Of a DNA stretch of 64,000 bases, positions 14,546 through 27,489 are shown one piece after another; the stretch's first letter is position 1, and each line of letters starts with the position of its first letter. The notes beneath the pieces are model-generated. The model saw only the letters and a program-made list of their open reading frames with translations. It did no database searches and was not told where the DNA came from. The position numbers were made by a program, and so were the translations under genes. The DNA is from Antedon mediterranea (taxonomy: Eukaryota > Animalia > Echinodermata): assembly GCF_964355755.1 (NCBI RefSeq), contig NC_092672.1:30324437-30388436 (forward strand), in the 5' to 3' direction.

Positions 14546-15073
14546 TTGGAATAATCGTTCAAATTATTGTATGATCTCGATTGTGTTCCGAGGTATGTAA
14601 ACGTTAAATAAACATTTTATACCGTATACAAAATAATCGGGAATAAAACTGGAATAATCGTGTATATGTTCAAATGTGTGTAAACGTTAAATGAACATTT
14701 TAAACTAATATTCTAATTCAAATTATGGCCGTAATGCAAACATTTCTTTTTTTATTTGCCCTAACGTTTACTATGTAGCATAAAGAAATAATTATAACTC
14801 TAAGTAATCTTAAACATTATACAGTACTGTACTGTCAACAACAGGACGACTGGTGGCGCTACACAGCGTCACCAATAATAAACCTAATTCTTAATAAAAT
14901 TATTAAGAATTACACATTGCATTTTTATTATAATTATATTTGTTTTCACAAGTTATTATTTTTTAATTAATAATTAATAATGTTCACTATGGGTTGAATA
15001 TGATTTTAGTGTTTTATTTAACCATACAAGTGTATGTCGTAAGCTTAAGGAAGCTAAGCTTATTAATCATTAT

Positions 15074-16004
15074 TTAATAATTGAATATTTTCACTGTTTT
15101 GTCTCCACTATTTGCCACTGCTACTCTACGTGGATTGTGAGATATGATGCATAATCCTCGAGGATAGTTGATTCCATCGTCTGCTTTATCAATCCTTTTA
15201 ATAAACTTTCCACTATTACTGAATAGCCGTAGTTTGTGGTCACTTGATATTATGATGCTGTCATTATCATCAACTACTACTCCTTTAGGGTGCTTTACCT
15301 TACCATCTACATCGCCCTCACCGACAAGAACTTTAATAAACTTTCCTTCATTATCAACTATTTTTAAACAGCTTTGGTCATAGTAAAGTGCAAGAATATA
15401 ATATCCTTGTCTTGTAAGGTTGACATCAATGATATTTATAAATCCAGAACCCGTAGTATCACATTGTGCTATTTTCTTAATGTGTTTGCCACTTTCAATG
15501 TTAAACATGGCTAAATTCTTATTATTAGCTACATACATGACACGTGATGCTTCATCCACATGAATACCACATGCATTTGTCAACTCTCCCTTACCAAATA
15601 ATTTAACCACCTCACCATTCATAGTGCATAACGTGATACAGTTATTACCTCGATCATTGAATGCTATGTTACCATTGTTCATTAAGAACATTCTGTTGAC
15701 ACACACACCTTCTGATAGTGTAACCTGACCAATGTATTTACCTGATTGATGGTATTTTTAAATGACATTGTCCCAACATGAAACAAGCAAGCAATCGTCT
15801 CCATATTTAACTACATTACGAACACCACGCCAACTATCCGAGGCTGTTTGTATGCTGTTTAATAATCCATCTTTCTCTACTCTAATATTCATTGGTGATA
15901 GTTTCTCCTGTTGGTTGTGTCAATGTAGCTTTTATGTCATTTGCATGTATTTCACATTCGTCAGTTTTTATTATTTTAACATAAATTGCTTGACCAGTTG
16001 TCAT
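15074..16004 (-). pseudogene. TRIM-NHL copy A, 3' half (filamin remnant + NHL propeller)
   Basis: Paralogous to 31454-32480. In-frame TAA at 15758-15760 and a ~113-bp microhomology deletion in the filamin domain at ~15898 relative to copy B. Interrupted at 16004 by a LINE. Confidence 0.9.
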
Positions 16005-16377
16005 CATTGATAGGACGTATAGAACGACACGGACGTGTTTTTAATCGTGCTCCTCAGTGTGTTTGGAATTTCAGTTGTTCCTTGTGAATTTGACTTTGCT
16101 TTGGTGTTTTGGATGTTTCCAGTCGTTATTATTTCACTTGTGAACATTCTTGATGGTATTTATGTTTGATCTGTGGTCCAATTTCGTGAATTTTAGATGT
16201 TTTTTGATGTATTTGTGCCATCGGAACTAAGGAATTCCGGATCACGCCGTGATTTGCATTTCGCGCCAAACCAGCTGCTGTAGTACGGTGTAGTACACTG
16301 ACTCGCTAGTTGATTAGCTGTACCGGTACAACAAACACAAATCTGGACCTATTTGAATTGCCTTATTTAACAACATA

Positions 16378-19300
16378 ATGGCTCTATTTAGTTGTTTGAT
16401 GACATTACTCTGCACATTATTTCTGAGATCAATCATATTTCAACCAGGTTCATTTGATTGTCTGGTTCGTCAACTCAGCTATCATAACGAAAATGTTCAC
16501 TATAACATCCGTGTCGGTGAGTCATGTTCTCTTTTTTTGCATACATGTGCTAGCATCAATAACACCACAAGAAAACGATATATAAGTAGGCCTGTGAGAT
16601 ATTACGCCAATCATTATTCGACTTTTAACCTATGTTTGTTGGTTAGTGGCGACATTCATCCTCACCCAGGCCCAGAGCTGAGCAAGAGCCAGCATATTGG
16701 AAACGGTAATAGTACGAAGAATACATGTGAATCTTGCGCTAAAACGACGAGACGCAATAAAAAATGTCTGATTTGCTGTGAATGTCATCACATATTTCAT
16801 ATCAAGTGCATACCTATGAGCAGCGATAGTTATGTGTTTTATCAAGATAATCCATGGGCGTGTAACATCTGCTCCCTACCACAACTATCGGACTCATTTT
16901 TTTACAACTCATTGATCAACAACAGTATATTGTCACTTGCATCCAGCAATACATCAACTGATTCTTCCATCTTTGAAACTAACCTTATTCAAGTTGCTTT
17001 ATTTAACGCCAGAAGTGTGGTGAATAAGATCGAAGAATTCCATGCGCGTATCGCAATTGATGAATTGGACATATTGATTGTCACAGAAACGTGGCTGGAC
17101 TCCTCTATTGATAGTACGGAACTGTTTCCAGACTCATTCGTTGTGTACAGAAAAGACCGTTCAAGACACGGTGGTGGTGTTCTGTTAGCTTTGAAGAACG
17201 CATTTAAATCCTCTATTGTTGACTTTCCTACTAACATTGAGGTCAAAATTATTGAAATAACTGTAAATAACAATTTTAACGTTTTAATATGTGCTGTTTA
17301 TAGGCCACCGAGTTCAAATGACGATTGGCTCAATCAATTCCACGATGTCGTTGATTTTATCCTATCTATTTTACATAAGTACTGTGGTATAATTTTAACT
17401 GGTGATTTTAATTATGATTACGGTGTTGATAGTCCCTTAGTTTATAAGAAATTTAAAGAAATTATTGCTCCACTTGATACTATACAATTTGTTGATTTTT
17501 TTACTCGTGTATCTAACACCAAAAGTAGCATTATTGATCTGGTCTTGTGCAATAACCCTGACATTGTATGTAATTTCAGAAGTAATCGTTGTCTTAGTAC
17601 AAGTGACCACCTTGGGGTTTATTTTAATATTAACGCTAGATGCAGTAAAGTTAAACCTGTAGATAGATATTATTATCAATATAGTAAATGTGACCATGAC
17701 GATCTTTTTACAACGTTGGGGGCGGTTCCTTGGGGACTGTGCCTGGAACAATCAAACTGTGAGGAAATGTGGGAAAATTTTAAAGACCTCTTTCTCGCCA
17801 CTATCAACGATTGTATCCCTAAAGTCAAAAGTAAAAAAAGAAACAGGCCAGCTTGGATAACTCAAGAAATGGTTATCATGGCTCGTAAAAAGAAACGAAT
17901 GCTAAAAGAGGCTTATCGTCATCCTCATAACCCAAGTAAGATGGACAAATATAGAAAGTTTAGTAATAAATTAAGAAACCTAACAAAAAAAGCTCATTTA
18001 CAATATATTAGGAAATTAAGTGCCGCCGGTGTAAATGGTGACTCCAAACGTTTTTTTAGTTATGTTAAGACTAGGCGTAAGACTGGACAAGTCAAAAACT
18101 TTGTTTTTAACGGTATACCCTTGGTTTCCGATATTGATGCGGTAAATGCATTTTCCACATTCTTTGCGTCAAACTTTAACGAACCTAATCGTAATTTCAA
18201 TGTTAACCATGAGATCTGTAATTGTGTTCACCCAGATATTGTTCCCCTTAATAACATTAATATTACTGAAAAAACTATTTTCGAGGCTCTGTTGTCATTG
18301 AAACCCAACAAATCCCCTGAACCAGACGGGATTACACCTAAAATGTTATCCATGTCAGCTCCAATTATTGCCCCAGTGTTGTGCAAAATGTTTAACAAGT
18401 TCGTAACGGATGGCTTTGTACCAAAAGATTGGAAACTCGCGAATGTCACTCCTATTTTTAAGTCAGGTAATCGGAACGATGTTAATAATTATCGACCCAT
18501 ATCGCTATGTTCTATTATAGGTAAGGTTTTTGAACGTATTATAGCAGATAACATTCTTTTTCATCTTCAATTTTTTGGATTTATAAGTCCCACGCAACAC
18601 GGGTTTTATCCAGGTAGATCGTGTATTACACAGGCCTCAGCGTTATATCATGATTGGTCACAAACAATGGATGTTAGACAACCTCCTGTAATTGATGCAA
18701 TATTCCTTGATTGGGAGAAGGCCTTTGACCGTGTTCCCCATGATTTAGTAATCAAGAAACTGCACAACATGGGAGTATGTGGATCTCTTCTAAAGTGTCT
18801 TCACTCCTTTCTCAGTGACAGATTCCAACGTGTTGTTCTTAATAAGGAGCATTCTGATTGGGATAGAGTGGGCTCGGGTGTTCCTCAGGGATCCGTGTTA
18901 GGCCCGCTTCTATTTAATCTCTTTGTTTATGACCTACCTCTAAATACCTCTTCTGTTATGAAGCAGTATGCAGACGATACAGTAATTTATAAACCTGTAT
19001 TCAGTCGTCATGATGCACTTACCTTACAACAGGATCTTTGTAAAATTTCCAAATGGTGTGAGGATAATAAAATGAAATTAAATGCAAAGAAGTGTAAAGT
19101 CATGCACATAACTAGGAAACGTAATTATATCCCTCATTTTATTTATACAATCGAATCCAATCCCCTTGAAGCTGTTAATTCACATAAATATCTTGGTAAT
19201 AACTTCTCACGTGATTTAACATGGTCTGCTCACGTTAATGATGTATCGATGAAATCTATGAGAATGCTTGGGTTTATCAAACGGTTTGTAGGTTTCAATG

Positions 19301-19434
19301 ACACCGAAATTTTACTACGACTTTTTAATGCACTATGTCGACCTGTTATTGAATATGGTGCTCCTGTGTGGGATCCACATCAAAAACAACATAATATAGC
19401 TATTAACAAGTCATTAAGACGGGTTACTAAATTG
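16378..19434 (+). CDS. LINE polyprotein, N-terminal 1019 aa: hydrophobic leader, 2A-like GDIHPHPGP, PHD finger, APE endonuclease, reverse transcriptase
   Basis: PHD CESC...CCECHHIFHIKC...WACNIC. APE motifs FNARSV, VTETWL, YRKDR, GGGV, YRPP, TGDFN, IDLV, SDH. RT motifs NYRPISL, QHGF, FLDWEKAFDRV, GVPQGSVLGPLLF, YADD, KYLG. The frame continues at 28064 once the insertion is removed. Confidence 0.92.
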
Positions 19435-19443
19435 CAATAGGTG

Positions 19444-20298
19444 TGGTGAATTTTGTCCAAGATGGGGAAATTTCTGTCCAGAATGGGGAAATATTTTGTC
19501 CAGAATAAGGACAAAAGCGATAGGTGGCGCTATAATCGTGTCCAAGATGGGGAAGCTGTCCAATATAGAGAAATCCGATTTGTCCAAAATGGGGAAATTT
19601 CTGTCCAAGATGGGGAAGTGGTGGCGCTATATCGTGTCCAAAATGGGGAAATTTCTGTCCAGGATGGGGAAGTGGTGGCGCTATATCGTGTCCAAAATGG
19701 GGAAATTTCTGTCCAGGATGGGGAAGTGGTGGCGCTATATCGTGTCCAAAATGGGGAAATTTCTGTCCAGGATGGGGAAGTGGTGGCGCTATATCGTGTC
19801 CAAAATGGGGAAATTTCTGTCCAGGATGGGCTTATGCTGTATCAAAAATAGGCAAGCTGTCCATATAAAGAAATCAGATTTGTCCAAAATGGGGAAATTT
19901 CTGTCCAGGATGGGGAAGTGGTGGCGCTATATTGTGTCCAAAATGGGGACATTTGTGTACAGGATGGGGAAATGCTGTGTCAAAAATAGAGAAGCTGTCC
20001 AATATAGAGAAATCCGATTTGTCCAAAATGAAGAAATTTGTGTCCAGAATGGGGAAATACTGTGTCTAAAATAGCGAAGCTGTCCAATATAGAGAAATCC
20101 GATTTGTCCAAAATGGGGATTTCTGTCCAGGATGGGGAAGTGCTGTGTCCAAAATAAAGAAGCTGTCCAATATAGATAAATCCGATTTGTCCGAAATGGG
20201 GAAATTTCTGTCTAAGATAGGGAAGTGCTGTGTCCAAAATAGAGCTGTCCAATATAGAGAAATCCGATTTGTCCAAAATGGGTAAATTTTGTCCAGAA
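19444..20298 (+). repeat. Left foldback arm: 54-bp units and shorter sub-units
   Basis: Four tandem gtggcgctatatcgtgtccaaaatggggaaatttctgtccaggatggggaagtg-type units, followed by variant units. Confidence 0.9.
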
Positions 20299-22520
20299 TA
20301 GTCATAGTCATAGTCATAGTCATATATACTTTATTGCCATTTAAAAAATAGAAATGTGATTTGAAAACTGGCAAAATACAAAAATATAAAATACAATTTA
20401 CAAAAACACACACAAAAAGTTAAGAGGCTAAAAATTGTTAAAATTAGATAAAAATTATCGGTTACATTTTACCTTTGTACTCTGGAGTTATATAAGTGTA
20501 TAGCATTAGGTACAAACGAGCACCTAAACCGTTTTGTTTTGGAGTATTAAGTGTACGTAGTCTTATGCCAGAATTCATGAGAGCAAATTGTTTGTGAAGA
20601 GGATGTGTTTCATCATCAATGATACTTTTTACTTTTTTTTAACACATTTTCTTTATACAAGGATTCAACATCAGGTAAGTGCTCTCCTACTAGTCTAATT
20701 GCTCTATTTCCTATTCGATTAAGTTTAATTTTATCTTTTTGCATTGTATTACCATAAAAACAAACATTACAAAAAAGTATTACACTGAGAATTACAGAGT
20801 TATAAAACAATTTAAGTATAGTTTTGTCAATTTGTAGGTACTTCATTTTTCTTAAAATAAACATCCTTTGGTTGGCTTTGCATGTGGCTTTATTTACATT
20901 ATCTATATATAAATTTACGTAAGGGCAAAATTAGATAAATCGCGGTTTATTTCTGGAATTTTTACTCGATGGTATATAAAGTTGGTTCGTACTTTCGGTA
21001 CTGATTTTCACCACCTGATGTAACCCTGTTTACTAATTAAATTAAGTTAGATAATTAGTTATTGACGATTAAAACGAATTTAGGTTCAACGATTTGCCCC
21101 AAATAGGGGTGTTTTCCGATCGTGGTATACACTGTCTAATTGATGTCCATCTTGAAAAATACCCGCAGACAATAATGCGAGGAGGCTTCGCATTTTCCTA
21201 TCTCTTCCTACGATAATTGTTTTTAATCGCTGAAAACCGGTTGAACAGCTAGAGTACAGCATCATAATGTTGAAGACAGGCCGATTTTCTTTAAAAAAAT
21301 TCTATTTTGATAGATTTAATATACGTTTATGCAAATGTATTGTTTTGAAATGAATGGAACATTCCAATCTCTGTTCCACAACTGTCTATTCCCTCAGGCG
21401 TCGTAAAGGCAAGTACTGTATACTCATAACAGAAATTCGATCCATTTTTTTTTTCAATCTGTGCTGCAGAGGTTGGATATAGATTTTTTTTAACGGATAA
21501 TGAGCTAGCGTTTTCATTCGCCGTATATTATGTACAAATCTTTATTATTGCAGTTAAACCACGCACGTGACATCATCACCCTTCCCTCACTGGCATGAGT
21601 AGCGTTGTAAAGCCAGTAGAGGATAGGCCTACGGTGCATCACATGCCCTAAACGCAGAACAACTTTGGTGGGTAGGGTTAGGAACCAATTAAGTATGAAT
21701 TGGCTCTAAGAAACAATTGAAAACCATTAGGCCTACTAATTAAGTTGACTTAGATAATTTAATATTTATTGACGATTAAATCGAATTTATGATTTGCCAC
21801 GAATAGGGGTGGTTTTCACAAATTGTTTTACATTATATAAACATATTATACACGTCGTAGTGATGTATCGTTACATTATATTTCAATCGACTAGGACGGT
21901 GATAGTTTCAACAAAGTGTTACATCGCAATGTTTTACTGTGTTTAGTGGTATATTATATGAAAACAATTAATATTTCGTTACTACATGGATAAAGAATAT
22001 ATTTAAAAATTGTTCCTCTTTGCACCCATCCTCTTTCCCATCCCTCAACCCTAATGTTACATACAAAACACAAATTAAATTTGTTTAAATTTTACTTAAA
22101 CAATTGGTCTCATTTTGTGACAAGTTTCTCTTTCGGAAGTAATTCCCAGGGTGCTACTTTTAGTTCAGTACATAAATCACAGTGCTATTTATTCGTTCCT
22201 GTAAACGACATGTATTATTGTCCTGCGGTACGTGCATTTGAAATCGCCAATTTTTTAACGCTGAAATTATTATGTATTCGAGAACCATCTGTGGGCACGA
22301 CCTAGATGGTACGCGAGCGAAGCGAGCGTACCATCTAGTTTATCCAATTTAGCTTATTGTCAATTATACAACCCAGATATTTGTACTCATTTACTACTTC
22401 AATCTCATTTTCATTTATAATCAGAGGTTCTAAGGGTTCTTTAATTTTCCTAAAATCAATTTGCATTTCTTTTGTTTTCTTTATGTTTAGTTTCAGGTTG
22501 TTATTGCAGCACCAGTGATG
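20298..22520 (-). mobile_element. 5'-truncated, decayed Rex1/Babar-clade LINE fragment split by a Helitron
   Basis: Minus strand reads HWCCNNNLKLNIKKTKEMQIDFRK...YKYLGCIIDNKLNWI|NNVNKATCKANQRMFILRKMKYLQIDKTILKLFYNSVILSVILFCNVCFYG..., then after a frameshift HPLHKQF...SG.RLR. Tail (ATGACT)n at 20298-20323. Confidence 0.8.
20902..22338 (+). mobile_element. Non-autonomous Helitron
   Basis: 5' TC(TATATAT), 3' CTAG, inserted between A and T with no TSD. Removing it restores the Rex frame N-W-I-N-N-V. Terminal hairpin ctagatggtacgc/gcgtaccatctag (22302-22338). Internal duplication ~21031-21115 and ~21734-21817. Confidence 0.85.
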
Positions 22521-22810
22521 GGGGGGGGGGGGGGGGGGGTTATTCCCCTTTTCTTTAATTGGAGGACAGGGCCTAAAAGTAGTGAAAGTAAGTGCTTAAC
22601 TAGTTTGATGTCCTATCTTTTGCAATACAATTTGGGAAATTCTACTGTTTATTATTAGGTCTTTTCAAGAATAGTTTGTTTAAAATCACATACAGTAATT
22701 ATTTATCATATCTAAGAGTGATATAATATTCCGATCTGCATAATATGTAAATGCAAGTAAATACATGTCGTAAATTAAGTTGGTCAAGATGAGTGTACTG
22801 TATATTTGGT

Positions 22811-25462
22811 TTTCTTTCTTTCTTTCATTTATTTGGCATCTCAATAAATAACATTAAAAATACATCAATAATAAATAAAATCACCTTAAATATTAATATA
22901 CATCAAAAAAGCAAATAAAAATGGCGGGATTAATGAAGTCTGACGATGCACGGGAAAACACATAAAGTCGTTTAAAGTAAAACAACTTAATTCCAATGTG
23001 GTCCCTAAAAAGATAGTAATTATAATTTTAACAAAACAAACATTATAAGACGGGGTTCATAAATATATAAGCATATAAGCAAAACATCTGATATAATGGC
23101 ACAATAATAATTTATCTATGTTTAATTTTGTAATATTGTTTCAATTCAGTTTTAAATTTAGATGTGTTGGAAATTTGTTTAATATAGTCAGGAAGGTTAT
23201 TCCATTCTCTGATTGCATTAAAATAGAACGTATTACATTCTATGCCTTGGACTTTAGGTACAACAAAATTGAGTTTACTACCACGAGTGAAGTGACCATG
23301 TAAGTTATTAACTCTACGAAAGTTTTCGTTTAGGTATGAAGCACTTCTGCCCATAAATATTTTATGAACTTGGCTAATTTGCAAGAACTTTACTCGATAT
23401 TTTACATTTAACAATCCATAATCGTCTAATTGATCAGCACCTATATGTCTTCTGGGTTCAACTCCTTTTATGAGTCTAACCATTTTGTTTTGAGCAATTT
23501 GTAGTTTTCTTTGGATAGCTTTACTGGTTCCACAGAACCAAGAAGATGCAGCATAATCAAAAACACATTGGATGAGAGCAGAGCATAATAGTTTACGATT
23601 CTTACAACTTAGTATCTTACGTTGGCGGTACATAAACTTAAGCCTATTATTAATTTTCTTAATGGTTTTACATGCATATTCAGAACACGTTAAATTTTGA
23701 TCTATTTCAATACCCAGATACTTGACACAATTACTAGTGTTGATATTGTTACCATTTGTTGAGACATTAAAATTGTTAACATTTTTAGTTTTTCTCTTAG
23801 AACCAAATAGTATACACTCAGTTTTATCCAGGTTAATTGTTAACTTATTGTCTACAAGCCAATCACACAAGGAGTCTAGTGTTGACCCTAGCTTCTTAGA
23901 AATAATATCTGGATTTCTGTGTGAATAAACAATTGCACTGTCATCAGCGTATAGAAGGAGTTTACAATCAGGATCAATACAAGTTACCATGTCATTAACA
24001 AAACATAAGAACAAAAGGGGTCCAAGGATACTTCCTTGAGGAACCCCGCATGTAACAGTACAAGATTGAGAGCAATGATCATCAACAGTTACTATTTGCT
24101 TTCTTATTGATAAGTAAGATTTGAACCATTCAATAGATCCAATACCCATTAATTTAAGCTTATTACATACAATGTCATGATCTACAGTGTCAAATGCCTT
24201 CTTTAAATCGACCAACACCATACCCGAGAAATTTCCCTTAGAAGTTTGGGTTTTAAGGGAATCAACTAAGTCTATCAAACATGTGTCAGTAGAGAAGGCA
24301 GCTCGAAATCCAGATTGATATTTATACAATACGTTGTTTTCAGTAAGGTATTTTTCGATTTGAATAAAAACAGCCTTCTCTAAAATTTTAGACATTGTAC
24401 TGAGTATACTTATAGGGCGATAGTTTCCAATATCGGTTCTACTACCTTTTTTATAAAGAGGTATGACCTTGGCCTTTTTCATGTCTTCTGGGACTGTACT
24501 GGTACTAATTGATAAATTAATTATGTAGGTAATGGGAACTTTTAGAATTTCAGCCCCATCTTTTATGAAGCGGGGAGGTATCTTATCGACACCCGTGCTT
24601 TTTGTCGCATTAAGTTTGTTTAATTCACTATATATAAAGTCTTCGTCCACTGAGTTGAGCATAAAGTTATTGCCACTAACGGTTCTATAGAAATCCTTAA
24701 GTTTGGACGACGTACAGTCATACACATTCTTAGGGGATGGAAGTTTACTGACCAAATTGGCTGCAATAGTAGTAAAATATTCGTTGAAGCAAGAAGCAAT
24801 TTTGGCTGGGTCGAAACATTTAGTACCATTGGGCAGGTCAATAACCGTTTTAGCACTATCCTTAGATGTATTACTATAGCCTAGACCTTTAAACATTTTC
24901 CATAATTTTTTAGGGTTATTTTTATTTTCTTCAGCCTTGTTTAACAAATGATTTGATTTAGCTTTATTTATATCACGCTGTATTTTATTTCTTAGTTTGC
25001 GAAATTGTATTAATAAGTCGGTATTATTCTTGTTTTTATTATACATATTTAATAATTTATCTCTGGTTTCAATGTCTTGTAATATTTCTCTAGTTAACCA
25101 TGGTTCCGTTCTTTGTTTCATCCTAATGTTTTTAAGGGGGGCAATGGAATCAATAGCAGCCAAAAGTAATGCATTAAATTTATACAGAGCTTCATTTACA
25201 TCTCCGATAGAGGTAACTACTGACCAATCGATATCTATTAGTATGTTTCTAAATTGATCAACGGTATAGTTTTTTAGTGATCTGATATATACATTTTTAT
25301 GTCCATTGAACTTAAGTTTAATAGTTTTCCTTGTACAAAATGTCATTAAGTGATCGCTTAGACCTCTTGCGATTGTACCCGATTGGCTTATCTTATTCTC
25401 ATTATTACATAATATATGATCGAGGCATGAAGCAACTGTAGGGCATATCCTAGTTGGTTCAG
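22811..25462 (-). mobile_element. 5'-truncated CR1/L2-group LINE (Crack/Daphne-like) inside the foldback element
   Basis: Uninterrupted ORF 23112-25462. 3' UTR with a gggaccacattggaattaag...ttatgtgttttccc stem-loop, aataaa and a (GAAA)n tail at ~22811-22826. Possible 5-bp TSD TTGGT (22806-22810 and 25463-25467). Confidence 0.85.
23112..25462 (-). CDS. Partial LINE ORF2: end of the APE endonuclease plus the complete RT
   Basis: EPTR...CLDHIL...LSDH (APE C-terminus), NYRPISIL, QSGFR, VDLKKAFDTVDH, GVPQGSILGPLLF, YADD, KYLG. The annotated Met lies in flanking sequence. Confidence 0.85.
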
Positions 25463-25824
25463 TTGGTGACATTTAAAAAAAATTATGATCTATTAATTTA
25501 ATTAATGAACTATAAACGTGAATTTGAGTATTTTACTTTGAAATAAAAAAACAATCACCGTATCCTGATGATAAAATAATAAATAAATCCATATCCTAGT
25601 AAAATATTTTCATTTTATTACAATTCTATGTAATTTTATTAGAATAAGTAGTCACATCATTTTCATTGTTTTTTTTTTGTATTAACAGGTGCTTTTGATT
25701 GGTTATTTGTTATTCGTAGGGCCACTGATAAAGTTTTGCAAGAGGAACACTTGTCAGTACCGGTACATTTTGTAATGTAATGTTTGTATTGAATAGGCTA
25801 CTGTAATCATTGATTGTTTATTAA

Positions 25825-27310
25825 TTAATACCCGCGGTCTGTGGTAAAAAAAAAATAAATAAATAAAAAAACAAAGAAAGAAAAAAAAAATAAATAAAAA
25901 GGATAAAAAGAAGGAAAAGAAGCGACAATCTGTATTAATTATATTAATAAATATCCTGTAGGCCTACTCTTTCTTGATGTGGTACTACTTTCTTTTGTGG
26001 TTTTTATGATTGGAATTTAATATAATATACTGTAGTTTTTAACGATTAACATAAGTAGACATAATAAATCAGCATAGCAATTCACTCCCTGGTAAATTTA
26101 AAGGAATACACATTGATAGAATAGTTGCTCACTAATAACATTTGTATAGACACAAAGTTTTTGAGAGAAATGTAACAAAAAAATAAATCTAATTGAGCAT
26201 GATAAACCTTACAGAAAATGCAAAGCACTGGCTGTAATCATATTTTAATATCAACATAATTATTAGCCCTAAACTATGCCTATTTGGAGTAGGAAATAAC
26301 GCAATTAAAGCACTAATATTACTAATATGCAAACACTCGTATACTATTGTAAAATGAGAAAAATTAGGCCAAATATTGCACGATTTGTCAATGATATCAC
26401 TTTGTTTATAGCTGGAAATTAATGATTCGGCGTGTACGTTTGATTTTAAACCATTGAGTTACTATAATAACTCAAGGATTCCATCATGTGGTCGAAATTC
26501 CATGTGGAATTACTGCATGTGACGGTAGATTAATACCCGCGGTCTGTGGTAAAAAAAATAAAATAAAAAATAAAGAAAAAAATAAAAAAAAGAAAAAGGA
26601 TAAAAAGAAGGAAAAGAAGCGACAACCTGTATTAATTATATTAATAAATATCCTGTACTCTTTCTTGATGTGGTATAATGATGTCGGTGCCGGTACTACT
26701 TTCTGTTGTGTTTTTTATGGTTGGAATTTAATATAATATACTGTAGTTTTTAACGTTAGATAAAAATGTATAGAATCAGTGAAAATTTACTTTAGAGGTA
26801 AATTGGAACCATTTCACTCAATAAATGTTCATTATACTTAAAAATAGCTGATAAAGGTGTCACATATTTACCAACCTGTACTTTGAAACTGTTTCCAGGC
26901 TGAGTAACGTAATTATTTTAAGGGGATAAGAGCCTATTTTGAGCCTGAATTTTACCTGTGGGACGATAGATTAATACTCGTGGTCTGTGGTCGAAAAAAA
27001 GGTTAAAAAAAGATAAAAAGGTAGAGATAGAGAAGGAAATAAAAAGAAATTGAAGATGATAAAAAAAAGAAGTGACAACCTGTATTAATTATATTAATAA
27101 ATATCCTGTACTCTTTCTTGATGTGGTATAATAAGGGCGGTGACGGTACTACTTTCTGTTGTGGTTTTTATGGTTGGAATTTAATATAATATACTGTAGT
27201 TTTTAACGTCAGATAAATGTATACATTCAGTGAAAATTTACTTTAGAAGTAAATTGGAACCACATCCGTCACTAAATGTTTATTATACTTAAAATTAGCT
27301 GATAACGGTG
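25825..27310. repeat. Three related ~220-440-bp repeats inside the foldback element
   Basis: ttaatacccgcggtctgtggt + A-rich tract + gcgacaa(t/c)ctgtattaattatattaataaatatcctgta... at ~25825, ~26530 and ~26971. Copies 2 and 3 share a further ~110 bp. Confidence 0.85.
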
Positions 27311-27489
27311 TTAATTATATAATTAATAGAACACTTTTCCACTTCAAATGTACTTTTAAAGTGTTAACATAGTACTGTTATTATTGTGTACATTTTGTAA
27401 TGTTTTCAGATTAGAAGTGTGAACTTAATTAAAGTTTTTAAAACAAAAAAAAGTTTCTTATGTTGTGTTAATGTTTTGCCTTCTCTATA

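Noticed and set aside
19444-20298. CRISPR-like appearance of regularly spaced repeats
   Set aside because: The spacers are themselves repeated, the context is eukaryotic, there are no cas genes, and the array has an inverted partner with a TSD.
19453-20413. Repetitive ORFs (KMGKFLSRMGKWWRYIVS / VQNGEISVQDGEVVALYR) and their mirror images at 27465-28103
   Set aside because: Artefact of a stop-free 54-bp unit in the foldback arms; open in several frames and on both strands.
22520-22538. Poly-G run as a functional G-quadruplex
   Set aside because: It lies at the truncation point of the Rex fragment; nothing supports a function and the run length may be unreliable.
26488-26736. Lys-rich 82-aa ORF
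   Set aside because: Translation of an A-rich tract within a non-coding repeat; not kept open in the sister copies.
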